Source of the DNA: a virus
Length of the DNA stretch: 59,873 bases
Reading direction: 5' to 3' (one strand)
UHGV virus genome: UHGV-0015476
How positions within the stretch are numbered: position 1 is the stretch's first letter; the number at the start of each line of letters is the position of its first letter. Both the position numbers and the translations under genes were made by a program. The notes below the pieces were generated by a model. That model saw only the letters and a program-made list of their open reading frames with translations. It was not told the DNA's origin and ran no database searches. Below are positions 41,135 through 50,498 of this stretch, in pieces.

Positions 41135-41458
41135 ATGGCAAAGTTTTACGGACAGGTAGGCTTTGCTGAAACGCAGGAAACGAGGCCGGGTATTTGGGAA
41201 GAGATCGTCACCGAGCGCAATCACTATGGCGACGTCCTTTCCAATATCCGGAAGCTTGAACCTGGGCAAAGCATCAATGATGATGTGACGCTTAACAACA
41301 AGTTGAGCATCGTTGCCGACCCGTATGCCCAACAACACTTCTTTTCCATTCGTTTTGTCAGGTGGATGGGCGCACTCTGGAAGGTCACCAATGTGGAAGT
41401 TCAGAGCCCTCGCCTGATCTTGACGATTGGGGGTATATACAATGGGCCAACGAATTGA
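41135..41458 (+). CDS. Head-tail adaptor / head-closure-like protein, 107 aa.
   Basis: Small gene directly after the capsid gene; function by position. Confidence 0.4.
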   Translation: MAKFYGQVGFAETQETRPGIWEEIVTERNHYGDVLSNIRKLEPGQSINDDVTLNNKLSIVADPYAQQHFFSIRFVRWMGALWKVTNVEVQSPRLILTIGGIYNGPTN

Positions 41459-41747
41459 TCTCCACGCATTGCTGGTGGCTGCGGTTGGCTCCAGGAATGT
41501 CTACTTCCAACCGCCTGAAGGATTTAAGATGTCCTATCCTTGCATTGTGTATGAGAGGGAACGCATCGAGAGCGATCATGCCAATAATAAGCCCTATCTG
41601 CATCGCAAACGGTATTCGGTTACCGTTATCGACAAGGATCCGGAATCCGAAATTCCAGATCGGATTGCCGCATTCCCATCTTGCCGTCATGATCGGCATT
41701 TTGTGAACGACAATCTTTACCACGACGTATTCACACTCTACTATTAA
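41442..41747 (+). CDS. Tail-completion / neck-like protein, ~101 aa.
   Basis: Overlaps the upstream gene; function by position. Confidence 0.35.
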   Translation: MGQRIDLHALLVAAVGSRNVYFQPPEGFKMSYPCIVYERERIESDHANNKPYLHRKRYSVTVIDKDPESEIPDRIAAFPSCRHDRHFVNDNLYHDVFTLYY

Positions 41748-41766
41748 ACTAAAGGAGGACTAAATC

Positions 41767-42432
41767 ATGGCTAGCACTGCTATCACCTGGGATGAGGCCG
41801 AAAACAGGCTCTATGAGTATGGCGTATCCAAAGGCGTTCTGTTTCCCATGGAAGACTCCGGCGCTTATGCCGAGGGCAAGGCCTGGAATGGTCTGATTAA
41901 CGTGACTGACAATCCCGAAGGCGCTGACATCACCAAGCTGTGGGCCGATGGCATCGAGTATGCTGGTATCCGCGGCGCGGAAGAGTATCACAACAGCATC
42001 GAGGCCTACACGTATCCGCCCGAGTTTGCGGCCTGCGATGGCTCCGCAACCCCGATCGAGGGCATGTATGTCGGCCAGCAGCCCCGCAAGAAGTTTGGTC
42101 TGTGCTGGCGTACCGAGGTTGGTAATGCCAATACGGATACTCTGGGCTATAAGCTGCACGTCGCTTATGGTCTGAGCGCTTCCCCCACGGAGAAGTCTCA
42201 TGACACCGTAAACGATTCTCCCGACGCCCAGACTTTCAGCTGGGATGCCGAAGGCACTCCCGTGCCCATGACCAACTACAAACCCACTGCCAAGCTGGAG
42301 TTCGACTCCACCAAGTTGGGCGCCGCGAAGATGAAGGCTTTGGAGGATATTCTGTACGGATCTGCCGCCGCCGCTTCCCGCCTGCCCAACCCCAACGAGA
42401 TTCTGACCGCTCTTCAGGCTGTCACTGAGTAA
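41767..42432 (+). CDS. Major tail protein (putative).
   Basis: 221 aa, RBS AAGGAGGA upstream, positioned before the chaperone and tape-measure genes. Confidence 0.5.
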   Translation: MASTAITWDEAENRLYEYGVSKGVLFPMEDSGAYAEGKAWNGLINVTDNPEGADITKLWADGIEYAGIRGAEEYHNSIEAYTYPPEFAACDGSATPIEGMYVGQQPRKKFGLCWRTEVGNANTDTLGYKLHVAYGLSASPTEKSHDTVNDSPDAQTFSWDAEGTPVPMTNYKPTAKLEFDSTKLGAAKMKALEDILYGSAAAASRLPNPNEILTALQAVTE

Positions 42433-42529
42433 ACAATACGGTTGAGCCGGCACCTGAGCCGGAGGGATGCATTATTGGGTGACGCCGGAGGGGACGCCAC
42501 CCGTTCTTATTTGAAAGGAGAAATGAAAA

Positions 42530-42946
42530 ATGTATAAGAAGACCATTGCTTTTACCGATTACAACGGTATCGATCGTGAAGAAGATTTCTACTTCAACCT
42601 GAATGAATCCGAAGTGACCAAGATGGAACTGCGTGTTCCCGGCGGCCTGACGGCCATGATGCAGCGCATTGTGAAGAAGATCGACGGTCAGCAGATCATT
42701 GACACCTTTGAGGATCTGATTCGTGCGGCCTACGGTGAAAAGTCCCCGGATGGCCGCGAATTTGACAAGTCTCCCGAACTGACCAGAAAGTTTATGCAGA
42801 CCGAGGCTTACAACAAGTTCTTCATGGAGCTGTGTACCGACTCCAAGGCTGCTTCGGCTTTCTTCAACGGCATCCTGCCCCCCAAGTGGAATGCGGAAGT
42901 TGGTGACAAGCCTATCAATCCGCCCACGCTGGTACCTGTAGAATAA
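42530..42946 (+). CDS. Tail assembly chaperone (putative).
   Basis: RBS AAAGGAGAAATG; position between the major tail and tape-measure genes. Confidence 0.4.
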   Translation: MYKKTIAFTDYNGIDREEDFYFNLNESEVTKMELRVPGGLTAMMQRIVKKIDGQQIIDTFEDLIRAAYGEKSPDGREFDKSPELTRKFMQTEAYNKFFMELCTDSKAASAFFNGILPPKWNAEVGDKPINPPTLVPVE

Positions 42947-42961
42947 AGGCGGCGACACAGA

Positions 42962-43513
42962 ATGCTGAAGTTGACGGTGCCCGGATACGAATACTACGAC
43001 GCGAAAACCAATACGTTCGGGCATACCAAGACGACGACCTTGCAGCTTGAGCACTCTTTGGTTTCGCTGTCAAAATGGGAAGAAAAGTGGAACAAACCGT
43101 TTTTGGGGAAAGAGCCCAAAACGATGGAACAATGCATTGACTATGTACGCTGCATGACAATCACGCAAAATGTCGATCCGCTTGTGTATCAAGGCCTCAC
43201 CAATGACAATTTTGAGGCTGTGAACCAATACATTGAAGCGCCAATGACCGCTACATGGTTCAATGATAAAGATAATAAGAAGTTTAACCGTGAAGTTATC
43301 ACCGCAGAGGTCATCTATTACTGGATGATTTCTCTGAATATCCCCTTTGAGTGCCAGAAATGGCATCTTAATAAGCTGTTGACCCTGGTTCGTGTATGCA
43401 ATATCAAGAATACACCTGCCAAGAAGCGCAACAAAGGGCCGAATCGAGCAATGCTTGACCAGCGCGCTGCCCTTAATAAGGCCCGCCGTGAAAAGCTTCA
43501 TTCTACGGGTTAA
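42962..43513 (+). CDS. Tail assembly chaperone-like / hypothetical protein, 183 aa.
   Basis: Position upstream of the tape-measure gene. Confidence 0.35.
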   Translation: MLKLTVPGYEYYDAKTNTFGHTKTTTLQLEHSLVSLSKWEEKWNKPFLGKEPKTMEQCIDYVRCMTITQNVDPLVYQGLTNDNFEAVNQYIEAPMTATWFNDKDNKKFNREVITAEVIYYWMISLNIPFECQKWHLNKLLTLVRVCNIKNTPAKKRNKGPNRAMLDQRAALNKARREKLHSTG

Positions 43514-43536
43514 TCAGAGAAAGGAGGCGGGAGCAA

Positions 43537-43914
43537 ATGATTCGGTTTAAGCATAAAGGCGACTTCAAGCATACGGAGCATTTCTTTAAGAAAGCCCGAG
43601 AACGATCGTATCTTAATACTTTGAAAAAGTATGGACAAGCCGGAGTCGAAGCTCTCGCCTCCGCTACTCCTGTAAAATCGGGAGCAACCGCAGCCGCCTG
43701 GGGTTATGAGATCACTCAAACCGATGGCGGCTATTCTATTTATTGGACGAATTCCAATATCAACAAGGGCGTAAACATTGCCATTATCCTGCAATACGGT
43801 CACGGCACCGGAACAGGCGGATATGTTCGGGGAGTCGATTACATCAACCCTGCTATCCGCCCGATTTTCGAGCAGATTGCCAATGAAGCATGGAAGGAGG
43901 TAACGTCAACGTGA
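43537..43914 (+). CDS. HK97 gp10-like tail-component protein, 125 aa.
   Basis: ATPVKSGATAAAWGYEI...IAIILQYGHGTG resembles the gp10 family; overlaps the tape-measure start. Confidence 0.4.
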   Translation: MIRFKHKGDFKHTEHFFKKARERSYLNTLKKYGQAGVEALASATPVKSGATAAAWGYEITQTDGGYSIYWTNSNINKGVNIAIILQYGHGTGTGGYVRGVDYINPAIRPIFEQIANEAWKEVTST

Positions 43915-46900
43915 GCAATACTGTCGATCGCCGTGTTGTCGAAATGCAATTCGACAATAAGGACTTTGAAAATAATGTTCAGGACAGTGTGAAGTCACTG
44001 GACAAGCTTAAGAAGAGCCTTAACTTGGAAGAATCGGCAAAGGGCCTCAGTGCTTTCGAAAGAGCTGGACGAAAATTCAGCCTTGATGGAATGGTGCAAG
44101 CAGCTGAAGCCGTAACCAGTAAATTCTCCATCATGGGAACGATTGGCGATCAGGTTCTTCGTCATATCGGCGACGCTGCCTTTAACGCCCTCAACAAGAT
44201 GAAGGGTTTTGTAGAATCTCTTACTATCGAGCCAATTTCGACTGGTATGGACGAATACGAAACTCAAATTGGCGCCATTCAGACAATCCTTTCCAACACT
44301 CGCGATAAGATGACCAAGCAAGGTCTGTCTGATGCTGAGCGTTTGGATATTGTGAATGATAGATTGGATCAGCTGAACCATTACGCCGATAAAACCATTT
44401 ACAATTTCACAGAGATGACCCGCAACATCGGCACATTTACCGCTGCCGGAGTTGAATTGGACACCGCCGTGCAATCTATTCAGGGTATCGCAAATTTGGC
44501 AGCTGTTTCCGGCTCGACGAGCGAACAGGCCAGCCGTGCCATGTATCAGCTTTCACAGGCCATTTCCACAGGCACTGTGAAACTGATGGACTGGAACTCT
44601 GTTGTGAATGCCGGCATGGGCGGTGAGGTGTTCCAGAAAGCACTTGTCCGCACTGCTAAGGCCATGGGTAAAACGGTTGACGCTACTGTGACGGAAACCG
44701 ATACCGCAGGCAAGCAGGTTAAGAAAACTGTTAAACAGACAGTTGATGAAATCATCGCCGAGGAAGGATCATTCAGAGAGAGCCTTTCCAAGGGTTGGCT
44801 GACTTCTGATGTTCTCACTGCGACACTTGAGCAGTTCTCTTGGGACTTTGAGCAGATTGCAAAAGACATGGGCTATGACGCCGCCAACATGGAGGAGGGC
44901 GTCCTCAAAGCCATGGAGCTCAAGAAAGGTGAACTGCTGGCACAGGGATATACCTCCGAAGAGGCGGAAGAGATCCTTCAGCTTGCCAAGGATGCGACGG
45001 AAGCCGCAACCAAAGTAAAAACCTTTACACAGCTGTTCGATACCTTAAAGGAAGCTGCTCAGTCCGGCTGGACGCAAACCTGGGAATACATTATTGGCGA
45101 CTTTGAAGAAGCCAAAGAGATGTTGACAGGGATCAGCGATTTCTTCGGCAAAATCATCGATAGCTCTTCCGAAGCCCGCAACACGATCATGAAAGAATGG
45201 CATGATGCGGGCGGACGGGATATGCTGTGGAATGACGATCCGAAGAAAGGACCGCTTGGTGCTTTCTGGAATCTAGCCTATGGCATCAAGAACATGATCA
45301 ACATGGTCCGGGAAGAATTTCAGAAAATCTTTCCGCCTGCAACCAGTCAGACACTTTTGAATTTCACCCAGCGGATTCAGCAGGCTACGGCCAGCTTCAA
45401 GGCCTGGACTGAAAACTCCGAAGGTATGGATAAAATCCGGCGCATTGTGGCCGGTATTGCCGCCGCATTCGATGTCGCAAAGACCGCCATCGGTTATGTA
45501 TGGGATGGATTCAAGAAGTTGATCGGCCTCAGCAAGCCTGCTGCCGGTGGCATTCTCGATTTTGCCGCAGGGATCGGCGATTGGCTTGTGAAAGCAAAAG
45601 ATTCGATCAAAACATCCGAGGGGCTTCAGAAGTTCCTTCAAAGAATTGGCTCTATCATCACGACCGTTCGAGGCGTGGTTGTTAATGCTCTGAAGCAGGT
45701 TTCCATCTGGATTGACAAGCTCTGGGGAAAAATCAAGAGCTCCGGCATCCTGACAAAGATCGGCCAGGGCATCAGCGATTTTGTCGGCAAGATCCCCGAT
45801 GCTATTGCAAAGGTTAGGGATTGGGTTAAGGGTATCACGGAGTATATCAAGACATCCGATACACTTCGCAAGACTTGGGATAATATCAAGCGATTCTTTG
45901 AGCCCGTTATCAAGAACCTTGAAGATTTCGGCAAACGGCTGAAGGAAGCCTTGTCCAACTTCTTCAACAAAGACGTGAGCGGCGAAGAAAGTTTGTGGGC
46001 GCGACTAAAGGCTCGCCTATCGGCTTTCGGTTCCGCTTTTTCCGATTGGTTCGAGACGGTGAAGACGACGGTATCCAGTGTCTGGACCAATATCAAAAAC
46101 TTTTTAACCACATTCTTCACTAAGACGATCCCTGATTTCTTTAATTCCAACAAAGTTGGCACCAATAGCCTGATTGCCAAAATCAAATCGATTGACTGGG
46201 TCAGCGTTATCAAGACTGCTGTCGGTATTTATACCGGCTTCAAAGTGCTTTCTTCGCTTGGCGGTCTGAAATCTATTGGCAAAGGATTAAAAGGCATTGC
46301 CGGCGGATTGAAAGAAATGGGAAAGGGTATTAAGAATGTTGTGAAGAACGGCATTGAGATTGTCCATAAGGATAAGGACAGTCTCGGAAATACCCTTCTC
46401 AAGATTGCAGCCGCAATCGGCGTTTTAGTGGCATCAATCTACGTCCTTGCCAAGATGGACACCGAAGATGTGGTGAAAGGGCTTGGCATTATTTCGATTA
46501 TTGCCGTCGAGCTTCTCAGTGTATCTTTTCTGTTTGGAAAGATCGGAGCAAATGGGAAGTCGTTCATTATGGTGGCGGCAGCATTGACTTTGCTGGTGAT
46601 TCCCATTAAGCTTCTTGGCGCTATGGATACCGAACAGGCGTTAAAAGGAATTCTTGCTATCGGTGTAATCATGACCGAGCTCGCCCTTTTCATGCGGATG
46701 GCCGGTAAGGGATTTACCGGAAAAACCGGTTTCTTCGGTTTGGCCGTTGCTATCAATCTGCTGGTTCTGGCTATAAAGAATATGGCCAAGCTTGATACCG
46801 GCAGCATGGCAAAGAGTCTTATCGGTATGGAAGTATTGCTTCTTGAAATGTCTCGTTTCATGAAAAAGACTTCCGGACTCGGTAAAGTTAGCGGTTTGAT

Positions 46901-49793
46901 TGGAATGGCCGTAGCCGTGAACTTGCTTGCGTTTGCTGTTAAGCGCATGGGCAAGATGGACGCCAAAACCATCACCAAAGGCGTACTCGGCCTTGGGGGC
47001 ATCATGACCGCATTTGGCACTATGGCAAAAATGACGAAAGGCATGAAGCTTGGATCGTCTATTGTTTTGCTGCTTACAATGGCCGGAACGATGATCCTCT
47101 TTATCGAAGCATTTAAGCAGGTTGAGGGAATGAATGCAGACGGTATGCTGAAGTTCGCTGTTTCATTGTCGGCAACGATGCTTGCACTGTCTGCAGCTAT
47201 GAAAATTATCAGCACCATTCCTATTTCCGGTGCATTAAACGGGCTTGGTGGATTCGCGATTCTCATCGCGGGTGTCGGAGCAATCGCGATCGCACTTGGC
47301 GCTCTTCAAAATCAGTGGAAAGGCATGACCGGTTTCCTTGAAAGTGGCGGAGATGTCCTTGGTGAGATCGGAAGGGCTCTCGGAAAGTTTGTTGGCGGCA
47401 TTGGCGGCGGACTCGTAGAAGGCCTTGACCTTCCTCAACTGGGTTCTGATCTTTCGGCTTTCATGACGAATGCTTCCGGATTCATTGAAGGTGCAAAAAC
47501 GAGTGACAATTCCGTGGTTGCAGGTATCGGTCAGCTCACAGCGGCGCTCCTTGCGATTGGCGGAGCCGAATTTGTCAATGCTTTGGTTACTTTGTTTGGT
47601 GGGGAAAACCCCGTAACCGCATTCTCTGACGATCTTGCAACTCTCGGAACAGGTTTGATGGGTTATGCGAACTCCATCAAAGGCTTTTCTGAAGCAGCCA
47701 GTCCGGAAGACATATCGAGTTCTGTGTCGGCCGCTGAAGGATTAGCCGATGTGGTTAGTAAGCTTCCGCCTGTCGGAGGCAATCTGCAAGAATGGATGGG
47801 TTGGCCGGATCTGACCAAATTTAGTACAGATATTGGGTTACTGGCTAACGGTTTGAAGAGTTATGCAACCTCTGTAAATGGGTTTGCTGGACTTGACAAA
47901 AACGGTGATCTGGAAAAGTCCATCTCGATAGCTCAAGCTTTGGCTAAACTGAACAACTCCCTACCCGCGACGGGAGGTAAACTTCAGAATTGGCTGGGTG
48001 AGCCAGACTTAAGTAAGTTCTCCACGCAGATTGTAGACCTCGCTAATGGGTTGCTTGGATATGCGAAGGGCGTAAGCGGATTTACTAAAGCAGCCAGCCC
48101 AGAAGATCTTTCCGGGGCTTCTTCTACGGCTACCGCTCTTTCCACTCTGAACAATTCCCTGCCTAATACTGGGGGTAAACTTCAGAATTGGCTGGGTGAG
48201 CCAGACTTAAGTAAGTTCTCCACGCAGATTGTAGAGCTCGCTAGTGGTCTAAAGCAGTACGCTACAACGATCAACGGTTTTACAAGTTTAGCAAGCGAAG
48301 GCGATCTCACTTCCGCTTTGAATGTAGCAAAGAATCTTTCTGATCTGAACAATTCCCTGCCTGATACAGGTGGAACTTTAGACACCTGGTTATTTGGTGA
48401 AAAGGATCTCGGACTATTTGCTACTAATATCGGGTTACTCGGTGGTGGATTGAAGACGTTTGCCGATGGCATCGGTGGAGTATCTTATGAGAAATCCGAA
48501 GATGCATTATCCGTTATGGATCTGATAAAAGAATTCACAGGCTCATTGGATAAAAGCGGCGGTCTTGGAGACATGATGGGAAAGTTCTTCAACGGAAGCA
48601 GCGAAAACACGCTCGTTTCCTATAGCGCGAACATGGCGACAGTCGGACAGAATCTGGCCACCTTCGCGACAAATATCTCCGGGGCGGATTTCTCCAATAC
48701 CGAAAGCGCCAAACAGTTGATAAAGGACATGGAAACCTTCATTGGAACACTGAATACGACTGGCGGCGTTTGGTCTGACATTGGCGACTGGTTCGGCGGA
48801 AAGAAAGACATCGTTGGACTATCTAATAATATGGCCTCATTTGGCACCAATTTCAATACATTCTCTGCTGGTATTACGGGAGCACAGAAAGCCTCCACAG
48901 ATTTTGGCTATGTAAAAACCATTATCGGTGCTTTTAATGATCTTGCAACCGCTGTAGAGAACGGGGAGCTTGATACCGCGGCTATTGAACGCGTGGCCAA
49001 GACGATTGGCGATTCGTTTGCTGCTTCCGTTAAAGGTGCTATTGAAAACGGAGCCAGTGACGTTGGCACTGCTGCAACGACCATTTCAAATGCCGGCACC
49101 ACTGCCTCAATGGCAACCTACAGGATTTGGTATTCCACCGGCCAGAATCTCGGCAGAGGTCTTGCGAACGGCATTGCTGCAATGGCCGGTTCTGTCAGGA
49201 GGGCTGCCGCAAATGCTGCTGCTGGTGCAACCAGAGCAATCCAGATTACCTGGTCCGTCCATTCTCCTTCGAGAGTCGGCCGTGATTTGGGTATGAACTT
49301 TGATCTCGGTATTGCCGGTGGCCTGGAAACCTATTCCAAAGTTGTCAGTAATCAAGCTGCTGATATGGGTCAGAGCGTTATTGACTCGGCTTCTACAATG
49401 CTTCGCGGCACCGACAGCAGTATCTTTGATAACATCGACCCCAACCCGACAATCAGCCCGGTAATGGATCTTACGAACATTCAAAATGGAGTTGGCGCCA
49501 TCAATGGCATGTTCAATTCAAACCGAATGGTTGGGCAAGGTTTGTTCCGTGGTATGAATTTCAACAAGGGCGTGAATTCCCTGAACTTTGACGGAGCCAG
49601 GATTTTGGGAGGGCACACGAATAAAGATGTTGTATCCGAATTGCAATCTCTGGCCGACAGGTTTGATGGACTGAATGAGGCAGTATCCAACATGAAGGTT
49701 GTGCTGGATTCCGGCGAACTGGTTGGCGCTACCTCCGGCAAGATGGATGCGGAGCTCGGTAGTCGAGCGATGCGAAAAGGAAGGGGGAATTAA
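43890..49793 (+). CDS. Tail tape measure protein, 1967 aa. Possible true start at GTG 43911 or ATG 43938.
   Basis: Helical N-terminal part, a central block of multiple hydrophobic segments, 66-aa tandem repeats and a C-terminal domain. Position and size fit a tape measure. Confidence 0.8.
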   Translation: MEGGNVNVSNTVDRRVVEMQFDNKDFENNVQDSVKSLDKLKKSLNLEESAKGLSAFERAGRKFSLDGMVQAAEAVTSKFSIMGTIGDQVLRHIGDAAFNALNKMKGFVESLTIEPISTGMDEYETQIGAIQTILSNTRDKMTKQGLSDAERLDIVNDRLDQLNHYADKTIYNFTEMTRNIGTFTAAGVELDTAVQSIQGIANLAAVSGSTSEQASRAMYQLSQAISTGTVKLMDWNSVVNAGMGGEVFQKALVRTAKAMGKTVDATVTETDTAGKQVKKTVKQTVDEIIAEEGSFRESLSKGWLTSDVLTATLEQFSWDFEQIAKDMGYDAANMEEGVLKAMELKKGELLAQGYTSEEAEEILQLAKDATEAATKVKTFTQLFDTLKEAAQSGWTQTWEYIIGDFEEAKEMLTGISDFFGKIIDSSSEARNTIMKEWHDAGGRDMLWNDDPKKGPLGAFWNLAYGIKNMINMVREEFQKIFPPATSQTLLNFTQRIQQATASFKAWTENSEGMDKIRRIVAGIAAAFDVAKTAIGYVWDGFKKLIGLSKPAAGGILDFAAGIGDWLVKAKDSIKTSEGLQKFLQRIGSIITTVRGVVVNALKQVSIWIDKLWGKIKSSGILTKIGQGISDFVGKIPDAIAKVRDWVKGITEYIKTSDTLRKTWDNIKRFFEPVIKNLEDFGKRLKEALSNFFNKDVSGEESLWARLKARLSAFGSAFSDWFETVKTTVSSVWTNIKNFLTTFFTKTIPDFFNSNKVGTNSLIAKIKSIDWVSVIKTAVGIYTGFKVLSSLGGLKSIGKGLKGIAGGLKEMGKGIKNVVKNGIEIVHKDKDSLGNTLLKIAAAIGVLVASIYVLAKMDTEDVVKGLGIISIIAVELLSVSFLFGKIGANGKSFIMVAAALTLLVIPIKLLGAMDTEQALKGILAIGVIMTELALFMRMAGKGFTGKTGFFGLAVAINLLVLAIKNMAKLDTGSMAKSLIGMEVLLLEMSRFMKKTSGLGKVSGLIGMAVAVNLLAFAVKRMGKMDAKTITKGVLGLGGIMTAFGTMAKMTKGMKLGSSIVLLLTMAGTMILFIEAFKQVEGMNADGMLKFAVSLSATMLALSAAMKIISTIPISGALNGLGGFAILIAGVGAIAIALGALQNQWKGMTGFLESGGDVLGEIGRALGKFVGGIGGGLVEGLDLPQLGSDLSAFMTNASGFIEGAKTSDNSVVAGIGQLTAALLAIGGAEFVNALVTLFGGENPVTAFSDDLATLGTGLMGYANSIKGFSEAASPEDISSSVSAAEGLADVVSKLPPVGGNLQEWMGWPDLTKFSTDIGLLANGLKSYATSVNGFAGLDKNGDLEKSISIAQALAKLNNSLPATGGKLQNWLGEPDLSKFSTQIVDLANGLLGYAKGVSGFTKAASPEDLSGASSTATALSTLNNSLPNTGGKLQNWLGEPDLSKFSTQIVELASGLKQYATTINGFTSLASEGDLTSALNVAKNLSDLNNSLPDTGGTLDTWLFGEKDLGLFATNIGLLGGGLKTFADGIGGVSYEKSEDALSVMDLIKEFTGSLDKSGGLGDMMGKFFNGSSENTLVSYSANMATVGQNLATFATNISGADFSNTESAKQLIKDMETFIGTLNTTGGVWSDIGDWFGGKKDIVGLSNNMASFGTNFNTFSAGITGAQKASTDFGYVKTIIGAFNDLATAVENGELDTAAIERVAKTIGDSFAASVKGAIENGASDVGTAATTISNAGTTASMATYRIWYSTGQNLGRGLANGIAAMAGSVRRAAANAAAGATRAIQITWSVHSPSRVGRDLGMNFDLGIAGGLETYSKVVSNQAADMGQSVIDSASTMLRGTDSSIFDNIDPNPTISPVMDLTNIQNGVGAINGMFNSNRMVGQGLFRGMNFNKGVNSLNFDGARILGGHTNKDVVSELQSLADRFDGLNEAVSNMKVVLDSGELVGATSGKMDAELGSRAMRKGRGN
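47700..48480 (+). repeat. ~198-bp (66-aa) tandem repeat x4 inside the tape-measure gene. Two copies share a 61-bp perfect identity (47976-48036 and 48174-48234).
   Basis: GGTAAACTTCAGAATTGGCTGGGTGAGCCAGACTTAAGTAAGTTCTCCACGCAGATTGTAG occurs twice exactly. Confidence 0.8.
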
Positions 49794-50498
49794 ATGTACC
49801 ATTCGATCACAATCGGTAATAAGAACACTTGGGATGATTGGCATTTGATTCCTGCCACTCGTCCACTTTTCAATCCGCCATCTGTCAAAACCAACATGGT
49901 GAATATCCCCGGCGGGGACGGTGTGCTCGATTTGACCACCGCCCTTGCCGGGCGTCCCACGTACAACAACCGCACTGGTTCCTGGACGTTCTATGTACAG
50001 AATGGTTTTAAGGACTGGACGGAACTATACAGTGAGATCATGGTTTATCTTCACGGACGGACTTTTACAGCAATCCTTGAAGATGATCCGACTTACTACT
50101 ATGAAGGCCGTTTCGCGGTTAATCAATGGAAATCCGATCAGCAATGGTCCCAGATCGTCATTGATTACAACGTCGGCCCCTACAAGAAAAACATAAATCA
50201 CACCGGTTCTGACTGGCTGTGGGACCCGTTCAACTTTGAAACGGGCATCATCCGCGACTACAAGAACCTGTCCGTTAACACATCGCTGACGGTTGTTGTG
50301 GAAGGCGATATGATGGATTCCATTCCTGTCATCATCTGCTCTGCTTCCGGTATGAGCGTGAAGTATGAAGGAACCATCTACAACCTTTCAAAAGGCGCGA
50401 ATACCAATCCAAACATCGTGCTGCGCAGCGGCGACAACACGCTGATCTTTTATGGTCAGGGCACCGTCACCATTGAGAATACGGGAGGTCGGTTGTAA
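49794..50498 (+). CDS. Distal tail protein (Dit-like).
   Basis: ATGA coupling to the tape-measure stop; 234 aa; position. Confidence 0.55.
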   Translation: MYHSITIGNKNTWDDWHLIPATRPLFNPPSVKTNMVNIPGGDGVLDLTTALAGRPTYNNRTGSWTFYVQNGFKDWTELYSEIMVYLHGRTFTAILEDDPTYYYEGRFAVNQWKSDQQWSQIVIDYNVGPYKKNINHTGSDWLWDPFNFETGIIRDYKNLSVNTSLTVVVEGDMMDSIPVIICSASGMSVKYEGTIYNLSKGANTNPNIVLRSGDNTLIFYGQGTVTIENTGGRL

